Part shown: positions 19,316-29,183 of the stretch, piece by piece
Layout of the letters: each line of letters opens with the position of its first letter
Position numbering within the stretch: the first letter of the stretch is position 1
Source: an uncultured Thermoplasmata archaeon
Lineage (GTDB): Archaea; Thermoplasmatota; Thermoplasmata; Halarchaeoplasmatales; Halarchaeoplasmataceae
DNA: 64,000 nucleotides
Assembly (NCBI GenBank): GCA_964462425.1
Contig: CAYWYD010000002.1
Coordinates: 18,756-82,755, forward strand
Direction: 5' to 3'
Notes under the pieces: generated by a model
What the model was told of the DNA's origin: nothing
The model's database searches: none
What the model saw: only the letters and a program-made list of their open reading frames with translations
Position numbers and translations under genes: made by a program

Positions 19316-22300
19316 ATGAGAGAGTTAGTAGAGGCTTTCCTAGAAGAATCCAATATCGTCGGATATCAGATGGAGTCGTACAACGATTTTCTCCCAACGG
19401 ACGACAATCCGGAGAGCAGAGTCCAAAATATAATCGATAATATAAGGATAGGTTTCGGAGAAGAAGGTTGGGGCAAGATAAAACTAGACCCAGAAAAGGT
19501 AGAAGGAAGGGACATCCAGATCAGAGTCGGTAGAGAGAGAGACGAAGATGGAAATATAATGGATGAAAGAGAATCTACTATTCGGATAAAAAGACCGACC
19601 GTAAAGGAAGCTAGTGGATCCGAGCATAAATTGATCCCTCAGGAGGCAAGGTTGAGAGACCTGCATTACGAAGCCGAGATAGAGATGAAGTTCACTCTTA
19701 TCAAGGACGGGGTGGAAGAAGAGCCCGAGTGGATCCCAGTGGGAAAGATCCCCGTGATGATAGGTTCGAAGATATGCAATCTCCATCCCGACAATATAGA
19801 CAGTACTATGGAGGAAGTGTTGAACGAGGACATAGAGAGCAAGGAACATCTCGAAAGATCCTATGGGGACAAATTAACAGAGCTCGGAGAAGATCCAGTA
19901 GATCCCCAAGGATACTTCATCGTCGGAGGTACCGAAAGAAGCCTGATGGCCGTTGAAGATCTCGCCTCGAATCGGGTGATGTGCGAGATAAACGAGAAAT
20001 ACGGTAGAGAGTTGGAAGTGGCGAAAATATTCTCTCAACGGCACGGTTTCAGAGCTATGACCTTGATGGAGAAGAAAAAGGACGGGCTGATCACGGTTTC
20101 TATCCCTTCCGCTAAAGGAGATATCCCGCTCATCGTGCTGATGAAAGCTCTAGGTATGGATAGCGACGCGGATATAAGAGATGCTATAGTTACAGATCCA
20201 CAGATGAAAAGCGTCGTGTACGCCAATATCGAGATGTGCCAAGAGGAAGAGGAATATTCTCCCGACGGCATTTATGATCAAGAAGACTCACTGGCCTACC
20301 TCGAGAGAAAATTCGCAACCGGACAGGCCGAAGAGTACAGGCAGAGAAAGATAGAATCGATGTTGGATAGATCCCTACTCCCCCATATAGGAGATAAAAA
20401 AGAAGACAGGATGAAGAAGGCTCATTTCTTGGGCAGGATGGCTAAAGAAGTACTAGAACTTTCATTGGATAAAAGAGAAACCGACGATAAGGATCATTAT
20501 GCAAACAAAAGGATCAAGTTGGCAGGTAATCTTCTCTCAGACTTGTTTAGAGTAGCGGCAGTAAATCTGTTGAAGGACCTAAAATATCAGCTTGAGAGAA
20601 ATTATAGGAAGAAAGGGGATATGCGTATCCGTTCCTCCATCAGACCCGATCTGCTTACCAACAAACTACAGCACGCTATGGCTACCGGTAACTGGGTCGG
20701 CGGAAGAACTGGTATATCTCAACTTTTAGATAGAACTTCAAATATGGCCGCGATTAGCCATCTTAGAAGGGTGAAATCCCCGCTCTCCAGAAGTCAGCCC
20801 CATTTTGACGCTAGGGAGCTGCATCCGACACATTGGGGGCGCCTCTGTCCCAGTCAAACCCCAGAGGGCCAGAACTGCGGCCTTGTGAAAAACTCCGCAT
20901 TGATGATAAACGTATCGAAGGGTATCGATGCAAAACAGATAGAGGATGATCTTTTTGAACTCGGTTTGGAAGATATAGAATCTGAAAGCGGGGATGTAAC
21001 TAAAGTCTATTTGAACGGTGCCCTGATTGGAGTCACAGATGACGCCAAAGAGTTTGTCAATAAAATTAAATCGAGAAGAAGAGAAGGGAATCTATCCGAT
21101 CAAGTCAATGTCAGGTACAAAAAAGATATGGACGAGATCATCTTGAACTCGGACGCCGGGAGAGTACGTCGCCCCCTGCTCGTAGTCGAGGACGGAAAGC
21201 TCAAACTCACGACGGAGATCATCGAAGAGGTCCAGGATGGAAAAAGAACTGTAGAGTCTCTTTTCGACGACGGTTACATCGAGTGGGTGGATGCGGAAGA
21301 AGAAGAAGACACTTATGTGGCACTTTACCCATTCGATGTACCAGAAGAGTGCGAGCACTGTGGTGAACCCCTCTCCGAAGCCGACGTTAAATGGCTGAAT
21401 GCCGGTGAAGGGGAAGAAATAGAAAAGCTAAAATGTTTAAAGTGTGGAGAAGAACTGACTCAGGAAACGAATATCACTAAAGACCATACCCACATCGAAG
21501 TCGATCCCCTCTTGATCCTAGGTGCGTCAGCCGGGCTGATCCCATTCGCAGAACATAACGCGGCTCCGAGATGTTCCATGGGAGCGAACATGATGAAACA
21601 GGCTTTGGGTTTAAATGCAGCCAATTACAGATACAGACCCGACACGAGAGAACATCTCCTCCATTACCCTCAACAATCGATCATGCAGACCGAGACCATG
21701 GAGATGGTGAATTATAATGAGAGGCCGGCGGGACAGAACTTCGTTGTGGCGGTGATGTCCTACCACGGCTATAACATGGAAGACGCACTGATAATGAGTA
21801 GAGGGGCCGTAGATCGCGCTTTAGGCCGCTCGACTTTCTTCCGAACTTACACTACCGAAGAGAGGAGATATCCCGGTGGTCAGGAAGATGAACTCGAGGT
21901 ACCGGATCCAGATGTGAGAGGGGCGAGAAGCGACCAGCAGTACAAAAAACTGGACGAAGACGGTCTTATAAATCCCGAAACCAATGTCGACGGCGGCGAA
22001 GTGATAGTCGGTAAGACGTCGCCTCCGAGATTCTTGGAGGAAGATACTGACTTGATGGCGCCCCAGAAGAGAAGGGAAACTTCTAAGATAGTGCGACCGC
22101 GAGAACAAGGTTGGGTTGACTCTGTTACATTGACCGAATCCGAGGGCGGCAGCCGGTTAGTAAAGACAAAGATCAGGGACGAAAGAGTTCCTGAGCTGGG
22201 AGACAAATTCACCTCTAGGCACGGACAGAAAGGCGTTATTGGTAAAATGGTCGAACCCGAAGATCTACCCTTCACCGAGGACGGCGTTGTCCCTGATATG

Positions 22301-22939
22301 ATCGTTAATCCACATGCGATGCCTTCGAGGATGACCGTCGCTCATATGCTCGAAATACTCGGTGGAAAAGTCGGGTCCTTGAAAGGCGAATTCATTGATG
22401 GAACACCTTTCAGCGGAGAGAGTGAAGATGCTCTCAACGAGGCATTGAAAAAGGCCGGGTTCAAACCTAACGGTACGGAGATACTCTACGACGGTAAAAC
22501 CGGTAAGATGATGGAAGCCGAGATATATGTCGGGGTTATCTATTATCAGAAACTGCATCACATGGTTTCAGGTAAACTTCATATGAGGTCAAGAGGACCT
22601 GTCCAGATACTTACAAGACAGCCGACCGAAGGTCGATCTAGAAAAGGAGGATTGCGATTCGGGGAGATGGAGCGAGACTGCTTGATCGGGCACGGCGCGG
22701 CGATGGTCATAAAAGATAGGTTGCTCGATCAATCTGACGGCACGACGGAATATGTGTGTGGTAATCCAGACTGTGGACATATCGCCATCTTGGACAGTAA
22801 CGGAGAGCTGAGGTGCCCCGTGTGCGGAGAAAAGTCCGACGTGCACCAAATACAGACTAGCTTTGCCTTTAAATTGTTGATGGATGAGTTGAGATCTCTT
22901 GGAGTAACCATGCGTCTCAACGTGGAGGATCAAAGATGA
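19316..22939 (+). CDS. rpoB: DNA-directed RNA polymerase subunit B (Rpo2), unsplit
   Basis: 1,207 aa. Contains GDKFTSRHGQKGV, PFTEDGVVPDMIVNPHAMPSRMT and the C-terminal Zn ribbon CGNPDCGH...CPVCG. Confidence 0.95.
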   Translation: MRELVEAFLEESNIVGYQMESYNDFLPTDDNPESRVQNIIDNIRIGFGEEGWGKIKLDPEKVEGRDIQIRVGRERDEDGNIMDERESTIRIKRPTVKEASGSEHKLIPQEARLRDLHYEAEIEMKFTLIKDGVEEEPEWIPVGKIPVMIGSKICNLHPDNIDSTMEEVLNEDIESKEHLERSYGDKLTELGEDPVDPQGYFIVGGTERSLMAVEDLASNRVMCEINEKYGRELEVAKIFSQRHGFRAMTLMEKKKDGLITVSIPSAKGDIPLIVLMKALGMDSDADIRDAIVTDPQMKSVVYANIEMCQEEEEYSPDGIYDQEDSLAYLERKFATGQAEEYRQRKIESMLDRSLLPHIGDKKEDRMKKAHFLGRMAKEVLELSLDKRETDDKDHYANKRIKLAGNLLSDLFRVAAVNLLKDLKYQLERNYRKKGDMRIRSSIRPDLLTNKLQHAMATGNWVGGRTGISQLLDRTSNMAAISHLRRVKSPLSRSQPHFDARELHPTHWGRLCPSQTPEGQNCGLVKNSALMINVSKGIDAKQIEDDLFELGLEDIESESGDVTKVYLNGALIGVTDDAKEFVNKIKSRRREGNLSDQVNVRYKKDMDEIILNSDAGRVRRPLLVVEDGKLKLTTEIIEEVQDGKRTVESLFDDGYIEWVDAEEEEDTYVALYPFDVPEECEHCGEPLSEADVKWLNAGEGEEIEKLKCLKCGEELTQETNITKDHTHIEVDPLLILGASAGLIPFAEHNAAPRCSMGANMMKQALGLNAANYRYRPDTREHLLHYPQQSIMQTETMEMVNYNERPAGQNFVVAVMSYHGYNMEDALIMSRGAVDRALGRSTFFRTYTTEERRYPGGQEDELEVPDPDVRGARSDQQYKKLDEDGLINPETNVDGGEVIVGKTSPPRFLEEDTDLMAPQKRRETSKIVRPREQGWVDSVTLTESEGGSRLVKTKIRDERVPELGDKFTSRHGQKGVIGKMVEPEDLPFTEDGVVPDMIVNPHAMPSRMTVAHMLEILGGKVGSLKGEFIDGTPFSGESEDALNEALKKAGFKPNGTEILYDGKTGKMMEAEIYVGVIYYQKLHHMVSGKLHMRSRGPVQILTRQPTEGRSRKGGLRFGEMERDCLIGHGAAMVIKDRLLDQSDGTTEYVCGNPDCGHIAILDSNGELRCPVCGEKSDVHQIQTSFAFKLLMDELRSLGVTMRLNVEDQR

Positions 22940-25602
22940 GTCGAAATAAAGGTATCTCAAAAAGGATAGGGAGTATACAATTCGCGTACATGTCTCCGGA
23001 GGAAAAAAGAGATCTTTCATCTACAAAGATCATCACTCCAGATACCTACGATGATGATGGCTTTCCGATCGAGATGGGACTGATGGATCCCCACTTGGGG
23101 GTCATCGAACCCGGCCTACGGTGTAAGACCTGTGGAGGCAGGGTCGATGATTGCTCTGGTCATTTCGGTCACATCGAATTAGCGATGCCGGTTATCCATA
23201 TAGGCTACGTCAAAGAGATAAAGAAACTCCTTCGCTCAACCTGCAGTGAATGCGGTCGGATACTTTTGGAAGAGAAAAAGACGAAAGAGCATATCGAAAG
23301 GATGGAAGAGATGAGAGAGATGGGGGCTAGTCCTCTCGACATCAGGAACTTAGCAAAAGAGATATCGAAGGAGGCTCGGAAGAACGAGCGGTGCCCTCAC
23401 TGCAAGGAAGAACAGCGGAAGATAAAGTTGGATAAACCGACCACATTCAGAGAAGAAAACACCAAATTGACCCCAAAGGAAGTACGCGCACGATTGGAGA
23501 GGATACCGGATGACGATCTTTGGCCTTTAGGTATCAATCCCGACGTTACCCGGCCTGAATACATGGTTTTGAAGGTTCTCTTAGTTCCTCCCGTCACCGT
23601 TAGACCCTCCATCACGCTTGAATCCGGCGATCGATCTGAGGACGATCTGACACATAAATTGGTCGATATTCTCCGGATAAATCAGAGATTGAGAGAAAAT
23701 AGAGACGTTGGTTCACCGCAGCTGATCGTCGAGGACCTTTGGGACCTGATGCAGTATCATGTCACCACTTATTTCGATAATCAGACTTCAGGTATACCGC
23801 CTGCCCGACACAGGAGTGGAAGGACCTTGAAGACTATAATCCAGAGATTGAAAGGTAAAGAAGGGCGGTTCCGGCAGAACCTCAGCGGTAAAAGAGTGAA
23901 CTTCTCCGCTAGGACCGTGATATCACCCGACCCCTGGTTATCGATAAACGAAGTAGGTGTTCCCGAAAAAGCTGCCCGGGAACTGACCGTTCCTCTGAAC
24001 GTGACCCCGGCAAATATAGATTACGCAAAAGAGATAGTCAAAAGAGGACCGTCACCTACCGATGAGGAGGGTAATTTTCTCCCAGGTGTCACTTATATGA
24101 TAAGGCCCGATGGAAGAAGGGTCAAGATAACCGATAAGAACGCTGAAACCGTAGCCGAAAAGATAGAGGCCGGTTTCACCATCGAGAGAGAGTTAAAAGA
24201 CGGCGACATAGTACTTTTCAACCGGCAACCGTCTTTACATAGGATGTCGATGATGGCGCATGAAGTCAAAGTTGTTCCGGGTAAGACCTTCAGGTTGAAC
24301 CTTGCCGTTTGTCCACCTTACAATGCTGACTTCGACGGAGACGAGATGAACCTCCACATCCTACAGAGCGAAGAGGCCAGGGCGGAAGCGAAAGTCCTGA
24401 TGCGAGTCCAGGAACATATACTTTCTCCGAGATTCGGCGGGCCGATAATAGGGGCTATCCAGGATCACATAAGCGGTCTCTTCTTCCTGACTTATGAAAA
24501 TCCCACTTTCACTCGTGAAGAAGTTATCAGTCTATTTTCAAATCTGAAAAGCGATAGATACCCTCAACCGATAGAGGAAAACGGTGAAAAATATTGGAAG
24601 GGAAAAGATATCTTCAGCCACTTTCTACCCGATGATTTCAATATCGAGTTCAAAGCTTCGATCTGTGAACAGTGTGAGAAGTGTAAAGAGAAGGATTGTG
24701 AAAACGACGCATACGTGTGCATAGAGGACGGGCAACTGGTCACGGGTACGATAGACGAAGAAGCGGTGAGTGCCTTTTCAGGGGAAATCTTAGACAAACT
24801 CGTGAGAGACTATGGAACGGATAAGGGTAGAAAATTCATCGATCAGATAACCACTATTGCACTCGCCGTTATCACGGTGAGAGGATTCACCACCACTATA
24901 GAAGATGAAGAGATACCTGAGCAGGCTAACAAGCAGATCAAATCTAAATTAGATGAGGCCCAGGATAAAGTCAGAGAACTGATCGAGGCCTACAGAGAAG
25001 GAGCGCTTGAAGAACTACCGGGGAGGGGTCAAAAGGAGACCTTAGAAGTCAAGATAATGAAGGAACTCGGTAAGGCTAGAGATGCTGCCGGCCGGATAGC
25101 GAGCAAGCATCTTGGTATGAGCAATAATGCAGTGGTGATGGCCAGGACCGGTGCGAGAGCGAGCATGCTGAACCTTACCCAAATGGCGGGAGCTTTAGGG
25201 CAACAGGCTATCCGTGGAGAGAGACCGAGCAGAGGATACGAAGAAAGAACGCTCTCCCACTTCAGAAGAAAAGAGCTCGGAGCTAAATCGAAGGGTTTCG
25301 TCAGCTCGTCTTACAAGGAAGGACTAGATCCATTAGAATACTTTTTCCACAGCATGGGCGGTAGAGAAGGTCTCGTCGACACCGCGGTCCGAACAGCCCG
25401 CTCGGGATACATGCAGAGAAGGTTGATCAACGCTCTCGAAGATCTTATGGTCTCCGAGGATGGTACCGTCAGGAACACCGCCGACAAGGTCATACAATTC
25501 AAATACGGTGAAGACGGGATAGATCCCATGCGGAGTAAGAGAGGCCAACCTCTCAACATGGACGACGTTATACGTGACTTCAAAAAGAAAGGGGGTGACT
25601 GA
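22936..25602 (+). CDS. rpoA1: DNA-directed RNA polymerase subunit A' (Rpo1N)
   Basis: 888 aa. Contains an N-terminal Zn site ([17 protein letters not shown]) and the catalytic [10 protein letters not shown]. The start overlaps the rpoB stop (ATGA). Confidence 0.95.
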   Translation: MSRNKGISKRIGSIQFAYMSPEEKRDLSSTKIITPDTYDDDGFPIEMGLMDPHLGVIEPGLRCKTCGGRVDDCSGHFGHIELAMPVIHIGYVKEIKKLLRSTCSECGRILLEEKKTKEHIERMEEMREMGASPLDIRNLAKEISKEARKNERCPHCKEEQRKIKLDKPTTFREENTKLTPKEVRARLERIPDDDLWPLGINPDVTRPEYMVLKVLLVPPVTVRPSITLESGDRSEDDLTHKLVDILRINQRLRENRDVGSPQLIVEDLWDLMQYHVTTYFDNQTSGIPPARHRSGRTLKTIIQRLKGKEGRFRQNLSGKRVNFSARTVISPDPWLSINEVGVPEKAARELTVPLNVTPANIDYAKEIVKRGPSPTDEEGNFLPGVTYMIRPDGRRVKITDKNAETVAEKIEAGFTIERELKDGDIVLFNRQPSLHRMSMMAHEVKVVPGKTFRLNLAVCPPYNADFDGDEMNLHILQSEEARAEAKVLMRVQEHILSPRFGGPIIGAIQDHISGLFFLTYENPTFTREEVISLFSNLKSDRYPQPIEENGEKYWKGKDIFSHFLPDDFNIEFKASICEQCEKCKEKDCENDAYVCIEDGQLVTGTIDEEAVSAFSGEILDKLVRDYGTDKGRKFIDQITTIALAVITVRGFTTTIEDEEIPEQANKQIKSKLDEAQDKVRELIEAYREGALEELPGRGQKETLEVKIMKELGKARDAAGRIASKHLGMSNNAVVMARTGARASMLNLTQMAGALGQQAIRGERPSRGYEERTLSHFRRKELGAKSKGFVSSSYKEGLDPLEYFFHSMGGREGLVDTAVRTARSGYMQRRLINALEDLMVSEDGTVRNTADKVIQFKYGEDGIDPMRSKRGQPLNMDDVIRDFKKKGGD

Positions 25603-25604
25603 TC

Positions 25605-27044
25605 ATGGCGAAGAAAGACACTATCAACGCTTTGGTTAGAAGAGATATCGACGAGGAAGCGGCAAAAAAATTGGCTGACGAAGGTTTTCTTCTAGGTGAC
25701 GTTAAAGGGGCATCCAAAGAAGAACTTTTGGAGATACTGTCTGAGGAAGAAGCGGAGACGGTTTTAGACAACATCGATAAAAAAGCTAAAAAGAAAAAGA
25801 AGAAAACCAAAACGGAGAAGGAACAAACTGAAACAAAAAAAGAAGAGATAGAGATCGATAAGTTCGAAGATCTCGATGAAACCGGAAAGGAGTTAAAAGA
25901 ACTTTCAGAGGAAAAGGGATACGGTCTGCCGAGAGCGGTCATAAAAGATCTTGCTGAGGGGGTAAAAAAACACGATATCTCTGGGGAAGAATACGAAGAT
26001 GTACTAGAACTGGTAAACGAAAGGTTCGAGGAAAGGAAAGTCGATTCCTACGAATCCGTCGGTATCGTCGGAGCTCAATCAATCGGTGAACCCGGTACCC
26101 AGATGACAATGCGAACGTTCCATCATGCCGGTGTTGCCGAGATAGGTGTCACTCAGGGACTCCCAAGGATGATAGAGATCGTCGATGCCAGAAAAGAGCC
26201 CAGTACACCTTCTATGGAGGTACATCTCAAGGATGAATTCAAAAATGACAGGGAGGAGGCAAAAAAACTGACCTCTAGATTGGAGATCACTGCATTGAAA
26301 GATCTAGCAGATCTAGAGATCGATATAAGTGAAAACAGCCTCACGATCCAACCAGATAAAGAGAGGCTTGAGGAAGAAAGTATCGAGATCGACAATATAG
26401 CTCAAAAGCTCAGCAAAAAAAGAGGCATAGACGGTGAAGTCACTCAAACCGAAGATGAAATCAAGATAATGGTGGAGGACGGCGGATTCAGTATCCTTTA
26501 TCAGGCTTTAGAAGAGGCAAAAGAGACAAAGATCAAAGGTGTAAAGGGCATCAAAAGAGGTGTGATCGTCCCCGACGGTAACGAATTCGTGATACATACC
26601 GAAGGGTCTAACCTTAAAGACGTCCTAAAAATGGATAAAGTTGACGTGGAAAAGACCACGACGAACAGCCCTACGGAGATATACAACGTTCTTGGGATAG
26701 AAGCGGCCCGCAAATCCGTGATCCAAGAGGCGAAAGAAACTCTGGACGAACAGGGTCTGGAAGTGGATATACGCCACATCATGCTCGTCGCGGACATAAT
26801 GACCAACGAAGGCGAACTGAACGCTATAGGAAGACACGGCGTGTCCGGTAGAAAGACCAGCGTTCTTGCGAGAGCGGCCTTCGAGATCACCAGCCAGCAT
26901 CTTCTTAGGGCTGCTATACTCGGAGAAGAAGATAAATTGGACGGCGTCGCTGAGAACGTGATAGTAGGTCAGCCCATCACCCAAGGTACCGGAGCCGTAG
27001 ACGTCAAATATACGGGACGCCCGGAAAAGAAGGAAGAGAACTGA
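25605..27044 (+). CDS. rpoA2: DNA-directed RNA polymerase subunit A'' (Rpo1C) with about 88-aa N-terminal extension
   Basis: 479 aa. Contains [18 protein letters not shown] and [14 protein letters not shown] lies at residue ~161 rather than about residue 60-70. Confidence 0.9.
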   Translation: MAKKDTINALVRRDIDEEAAKKLADEGFLLGDVKGASKEELLEILSEEEAETVLDNIDKKAKKKKKKTKTEKEQTETKKEEIEIDKFEDLDETGKELKELSEEKGYGLPRAVIKDLAEGVKKHDISGEEYEDVLELVNERFEERKVDSYESVGIVGAQSIGEPGTQMTMRTFHHAGVAEIGVTQGLPRMIEIVDARKEPSTPSMEVHLKDEFKNDREEAKKLTSRLEITALKDLADLEIDISENSLTIQPDKERLEEESIEIDNIAQKLSKKRGIDGEVTQTEDEIKIMVEDGGFSILYQALEEAKETKIKGVKGIKRGVIVPDGNEFVIHTEGSNLKDVLKMDKVDVEKTTTNSPTEIYNVLGIEAARKSVIQEAKETLDEQGLEVDIRHIMLVADIMTNEGELNAIGRHGVSGRKTSVLARAAFEITSQHLLRAAILGEEDKLDGVAENVIVGQPITQGTGAVDVKYTGRPEKKEEN

Positions 27045-27115
27045 GGCACATTTAAAAAATCATAAATACAAGGGGTTTTATGGATGGATAATGGTTATAT
27101 AAAGGTGGTATCAAC

Positions 27116-27406
27116 ATGGACATAAAGAGAGAAATCAGGGTAGCCGTCAATACTGGTGAAGTGGATTTTGGTCTGAACGAGGCTTCGAAAAACATAGAAG
27201 ACGATAACTGTAATCTGCTCATCGTCGCTTCCAACTGTCCGGATGAACGGATGCTGGAAGAGGACGAGGTCGACGGTATTCCCCTTTATCATTTTGAAGG
27301 GAACAACCAGGCTTTGGGGGCTGCTGCTGGAAAACCATTTGCTGTATCGGTCATGTCTATATTAGATGCTGGAGACTCTAACATCCTTTCTCTTAGGGCG
27401 GAATAA
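27116..27406 (+). CDS. rpl30e: 50S ribosomal protein L30e
   Basis: 96 aa. Contains IRVAVNTGEVDFG, LLIVASNCP and GKPFAVSVMSILDAGDSNIL, in the conserved position after rpoA''. Confidence 0.9.
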   Translation: MDIKREIRVAVNTGEVDFGLNEASKNIEDDNCNLLIVASNCPDERMLEEDEVDGIPLYHFEGNNQALGAAAGKPFAVSVMSILDAGDSNILSLRAE

Positions 27407-27408
27407 AC

Positions 27409-27846
27409 ATGGGAGAAGGCGTAGAAGACATAACTTTCAACGAAAAAACCCTTAGATACATGTCCTTTTTCGAGAAGATCACCGATACAGAGGTCGTCGA
27501 TTGTATCGACGTACCTGAAAAAGTCATCTTCCTTGTCGAGGAAGGTGAAATAGAACAGGCTATCGGAAAAGGGGGTAAAAACGTTACAAAAGTGAGTGAC
27601 AACATAGACAGGAACGTACACGTGATAGAATACAGCGATGACCCAAAAAAATTGCTTGAAAATATTTTTTACAGCTACGACGTCAAAGGAGTTGAGATCG
27701 AAGAAAAAAACGATGTCCAGCACGGGACTGTCGAGGTCGCTCCGGAGAACAAAGCTAGAGCGATAGGAAATAACGGTAGAAATCTGTCGATCGCTAGAAA
27801 GATAATGATGAGACATTCAGATATATCCAGCGTATCTGTTGCGTAA
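27409..27846 (+). CDS. nusA: Archaeal NusA-like protein (two KH domains)
   Basis: 145 aa. KH GXXG loops are present (IGKGGKNVTKV; IGNNGRNLSIARKI), in the conserved position after L30e. Confidence 0.85.
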   Translation: MGEGVEDITFNEKTLRYMSFFEKITDTEVVDCIDVPEKVIFLVEEGEIEQAIGKGGKNVTKVSDNIDRNVHVIEYSDDPKKLLENIFYSYDVKGVEIEEKNDVQHGTVEVAPENKARAIGNNGRNLSIARKIMMRHSDISSVSVA

Positions 27847-28845
27847 TGATTTTGGGGAACCTCTAAAGAACAGGAAGGGCTCTATCTGCATCTCTTTTTT
27901 CCACCTCTCATGGCACTCACAATCGGAAATGGGATCGATAGCTTCTTTGTTTTGGGTCTTGTTGAATCTCTTTATCCGTTTAAGAAGCCGCTCGTCACAT
28001 CCATCACAGTTGTGGGCGCCTCTTTCCGATCCTAGACCCGCCTCTGAGACCAGGACGGTCTTATCTGATTTTATGTTAGAAAGGACCTCGATTATCGACC
28101 ACAGCCAGGGAGGTCTGTAAAGATTTCTTTTCCATAGTTTTTCGACCAAGCTCCCTTTTTGAATGTTAACCGGGTTGATCGAAACGATATCCGTGAGATC
28201 CGATATTTTCTCAACCGAGCTTATCACGTCCTCGATCGCTTCCTTTTCATTGAGGAACGGAGGTTTCAACAGCAGATAGGTCCTGACCAAGACGAGATCG
28301 GAGATCTCCCTGACCGCTCTTTCGTAATCTTCATACCTGAATCCCTTGTTTATACAGTTCTCCAAGATAAAATCGTCGGCCGATTCCAACCCTATAGCGA
28401 TCTCTAGTCGGTTTGAGCTTTCAGCATATTGTTTAACCTTCTCTCTCTCAATGAACTCCGGGCGACTTTCCACGACCAACTTTTCGGCATCGAATGTTTC
28501 TAGTATATTCATCGCTAGGTCTTCCGGCAGTTCCTTCTGATCTAAAAAGCTTCCCGAGGTGTATATCTTCACTATCTCTTCACCCTCGTATCGGGCGGAA
28601 GCCTCTTCGATCTGGTCTTCTATTTCCTCTCGACCGACGTCGGGATTCGTGTCAGTATAATAACCGCACATCGAGCATCCAGATGTATAAGCCCACGAAC
28701 ATCCTCTTGTCCTGAATATCACGGAAAAAACGTCTTTAGTCTCGCCTTTCCAGTATTCTTTTTCTCTCCAGGCAGCTGCAAGGTCTTTACTGTCGCTTCT
28801 CGATGTTCGTTCATGGATCTCTACGATCTCTTCTTTCAATTCCAT
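27817..28845 (-). CDS. Radical SAM protein, TIGR01210/RaSEA-like (archaeosine-synthesis type)
   Basis: 342 aa. FRTRGCSWAYTSGCSMCGY is a C-x8-C-x2-C cluster motif that I associate with the TIGR01210 family. The 3' end overlaps nusA convergently by 30 nt. Confidence 0.5.
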   Translation of the reverse strand: MELKEEIVEIHERTSRSDSKDLAAAWREKEYWKGETKDVFSVIFRTRGCSWAYTSGCSMCGYYTDTNPDVGREEIEDQIEEASARYEGEEIVKIYTSGSFLDQKELPEDLAMNILETFDAEKLVVESRPEFIEREKVKQYAESSNRLEIAIGLESADDFILENCINKGFRYEDYERAVREISDLVLVRTYLLLKPPFLNEKEAIEDVISSVEKISDLTDIVSINPVNIQKGSLVEKLWKRNLYRPPWLWSIIEVLSNIKSDKTVLVSEAGLGSERGAHNCDGCDERLLKRIKRFNKTQNKEAIDPISDCECHERWKKEMQIEPFLFFRGSPKSLRNRYAGYI

Positions 28846-29007
28846 CGTTAACTAACAACTGAACTCGGGTTATATAATATATATTTTCTTCATCTGTAGG
28901 GAATATCCGTATCGATAATGATTCTTAAGTTTATTTTTCCTCCTTTATAACAAGGAATAACATCACAAGAGCAAACTTAATAACCTTTACCTTTAATGTA
29001 TACACAA

Positions 29008-29150
29008 GCACGGCCCGGTACGGCTCCCGAAAAGGTCCTTGATGCGTTTCAAGGGTATATGATACATATATCCTCCTTTCGGATACAGCAAAAATGCAGA
29101 AAATAAGGACGTCTTCCTCTTACTGTACCGGGCCGATGCGTTTTTTTTTT
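29008..29150 (+). ncRNA. Candidate structured small RNA of unknown class, ending in a T10 tract
   Basis: An 11-bp perfect closing helix (29011-29021 CGGCCCGGTAC / 29125-29135 GTACCGGGCCG) encloses a 6-bp helix (29035-40/29105-10) and a 9-bp hairpin (29053-61/29065-73). It is followed by ATGCG and T10 (29141-29150). It lies in the 338-nt divergent intergenic region. Confidence 0.35.
29141..29150 (+). terminator. Oligo-T tract (archaeal termination signal) after the structured element
   Basis: Ten consecutive T immediately 3' of the closing helix. Confidence 0.35.
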
Positions 29151-29183
29151 ACACAAATCTCTTTAAGAATGTTTTTTTTAGCG

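Noticed and set aside
21341-21478. Possible intein in rpoB.
   Set aside because: The insert is only about 45 aa, lacks the intein N- and C-terminal splicing blocks (no terminal Cys/Ser ... His-Asn-Cys/Ser/Thr), and has a zinc-ribbon Cys pattern instead.
19316-22939. Expectation that a halophile-like archaeon would have a split rpoB (B'/B'').
   Set aside because: The ORF is continuous over 1,207 codons with no internal stop. The unsplit gene argues against Halobacteria or methanogens, not against the gene call.
25580-25942. Ser/Leu/Phe-rich antisense ORFs. Examples are 25580-25942, 36726-37049, 39854-40171, 26153-26395, 58296-58565 and 12077-12346.
   Set aside because: They are mirror-image artefacts of Glu/Lys/Asp-rich sense genes (GAA/GAG/AAG codons read antisense give Ser/Leu/Phe). 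All overlap well-supported genes.
29094-29183. N-terminal 30-aa extension of the SDR ORF (MQKIRTSSSYCTGPMRFFFTQISLRMFFLA).
   Set aside because: It runs through the GC-rich helix and the T10 tract. The SDR Rossmann motif begins right after Met 29184/29190, and the extension is not acidic like the rest of the proteome.
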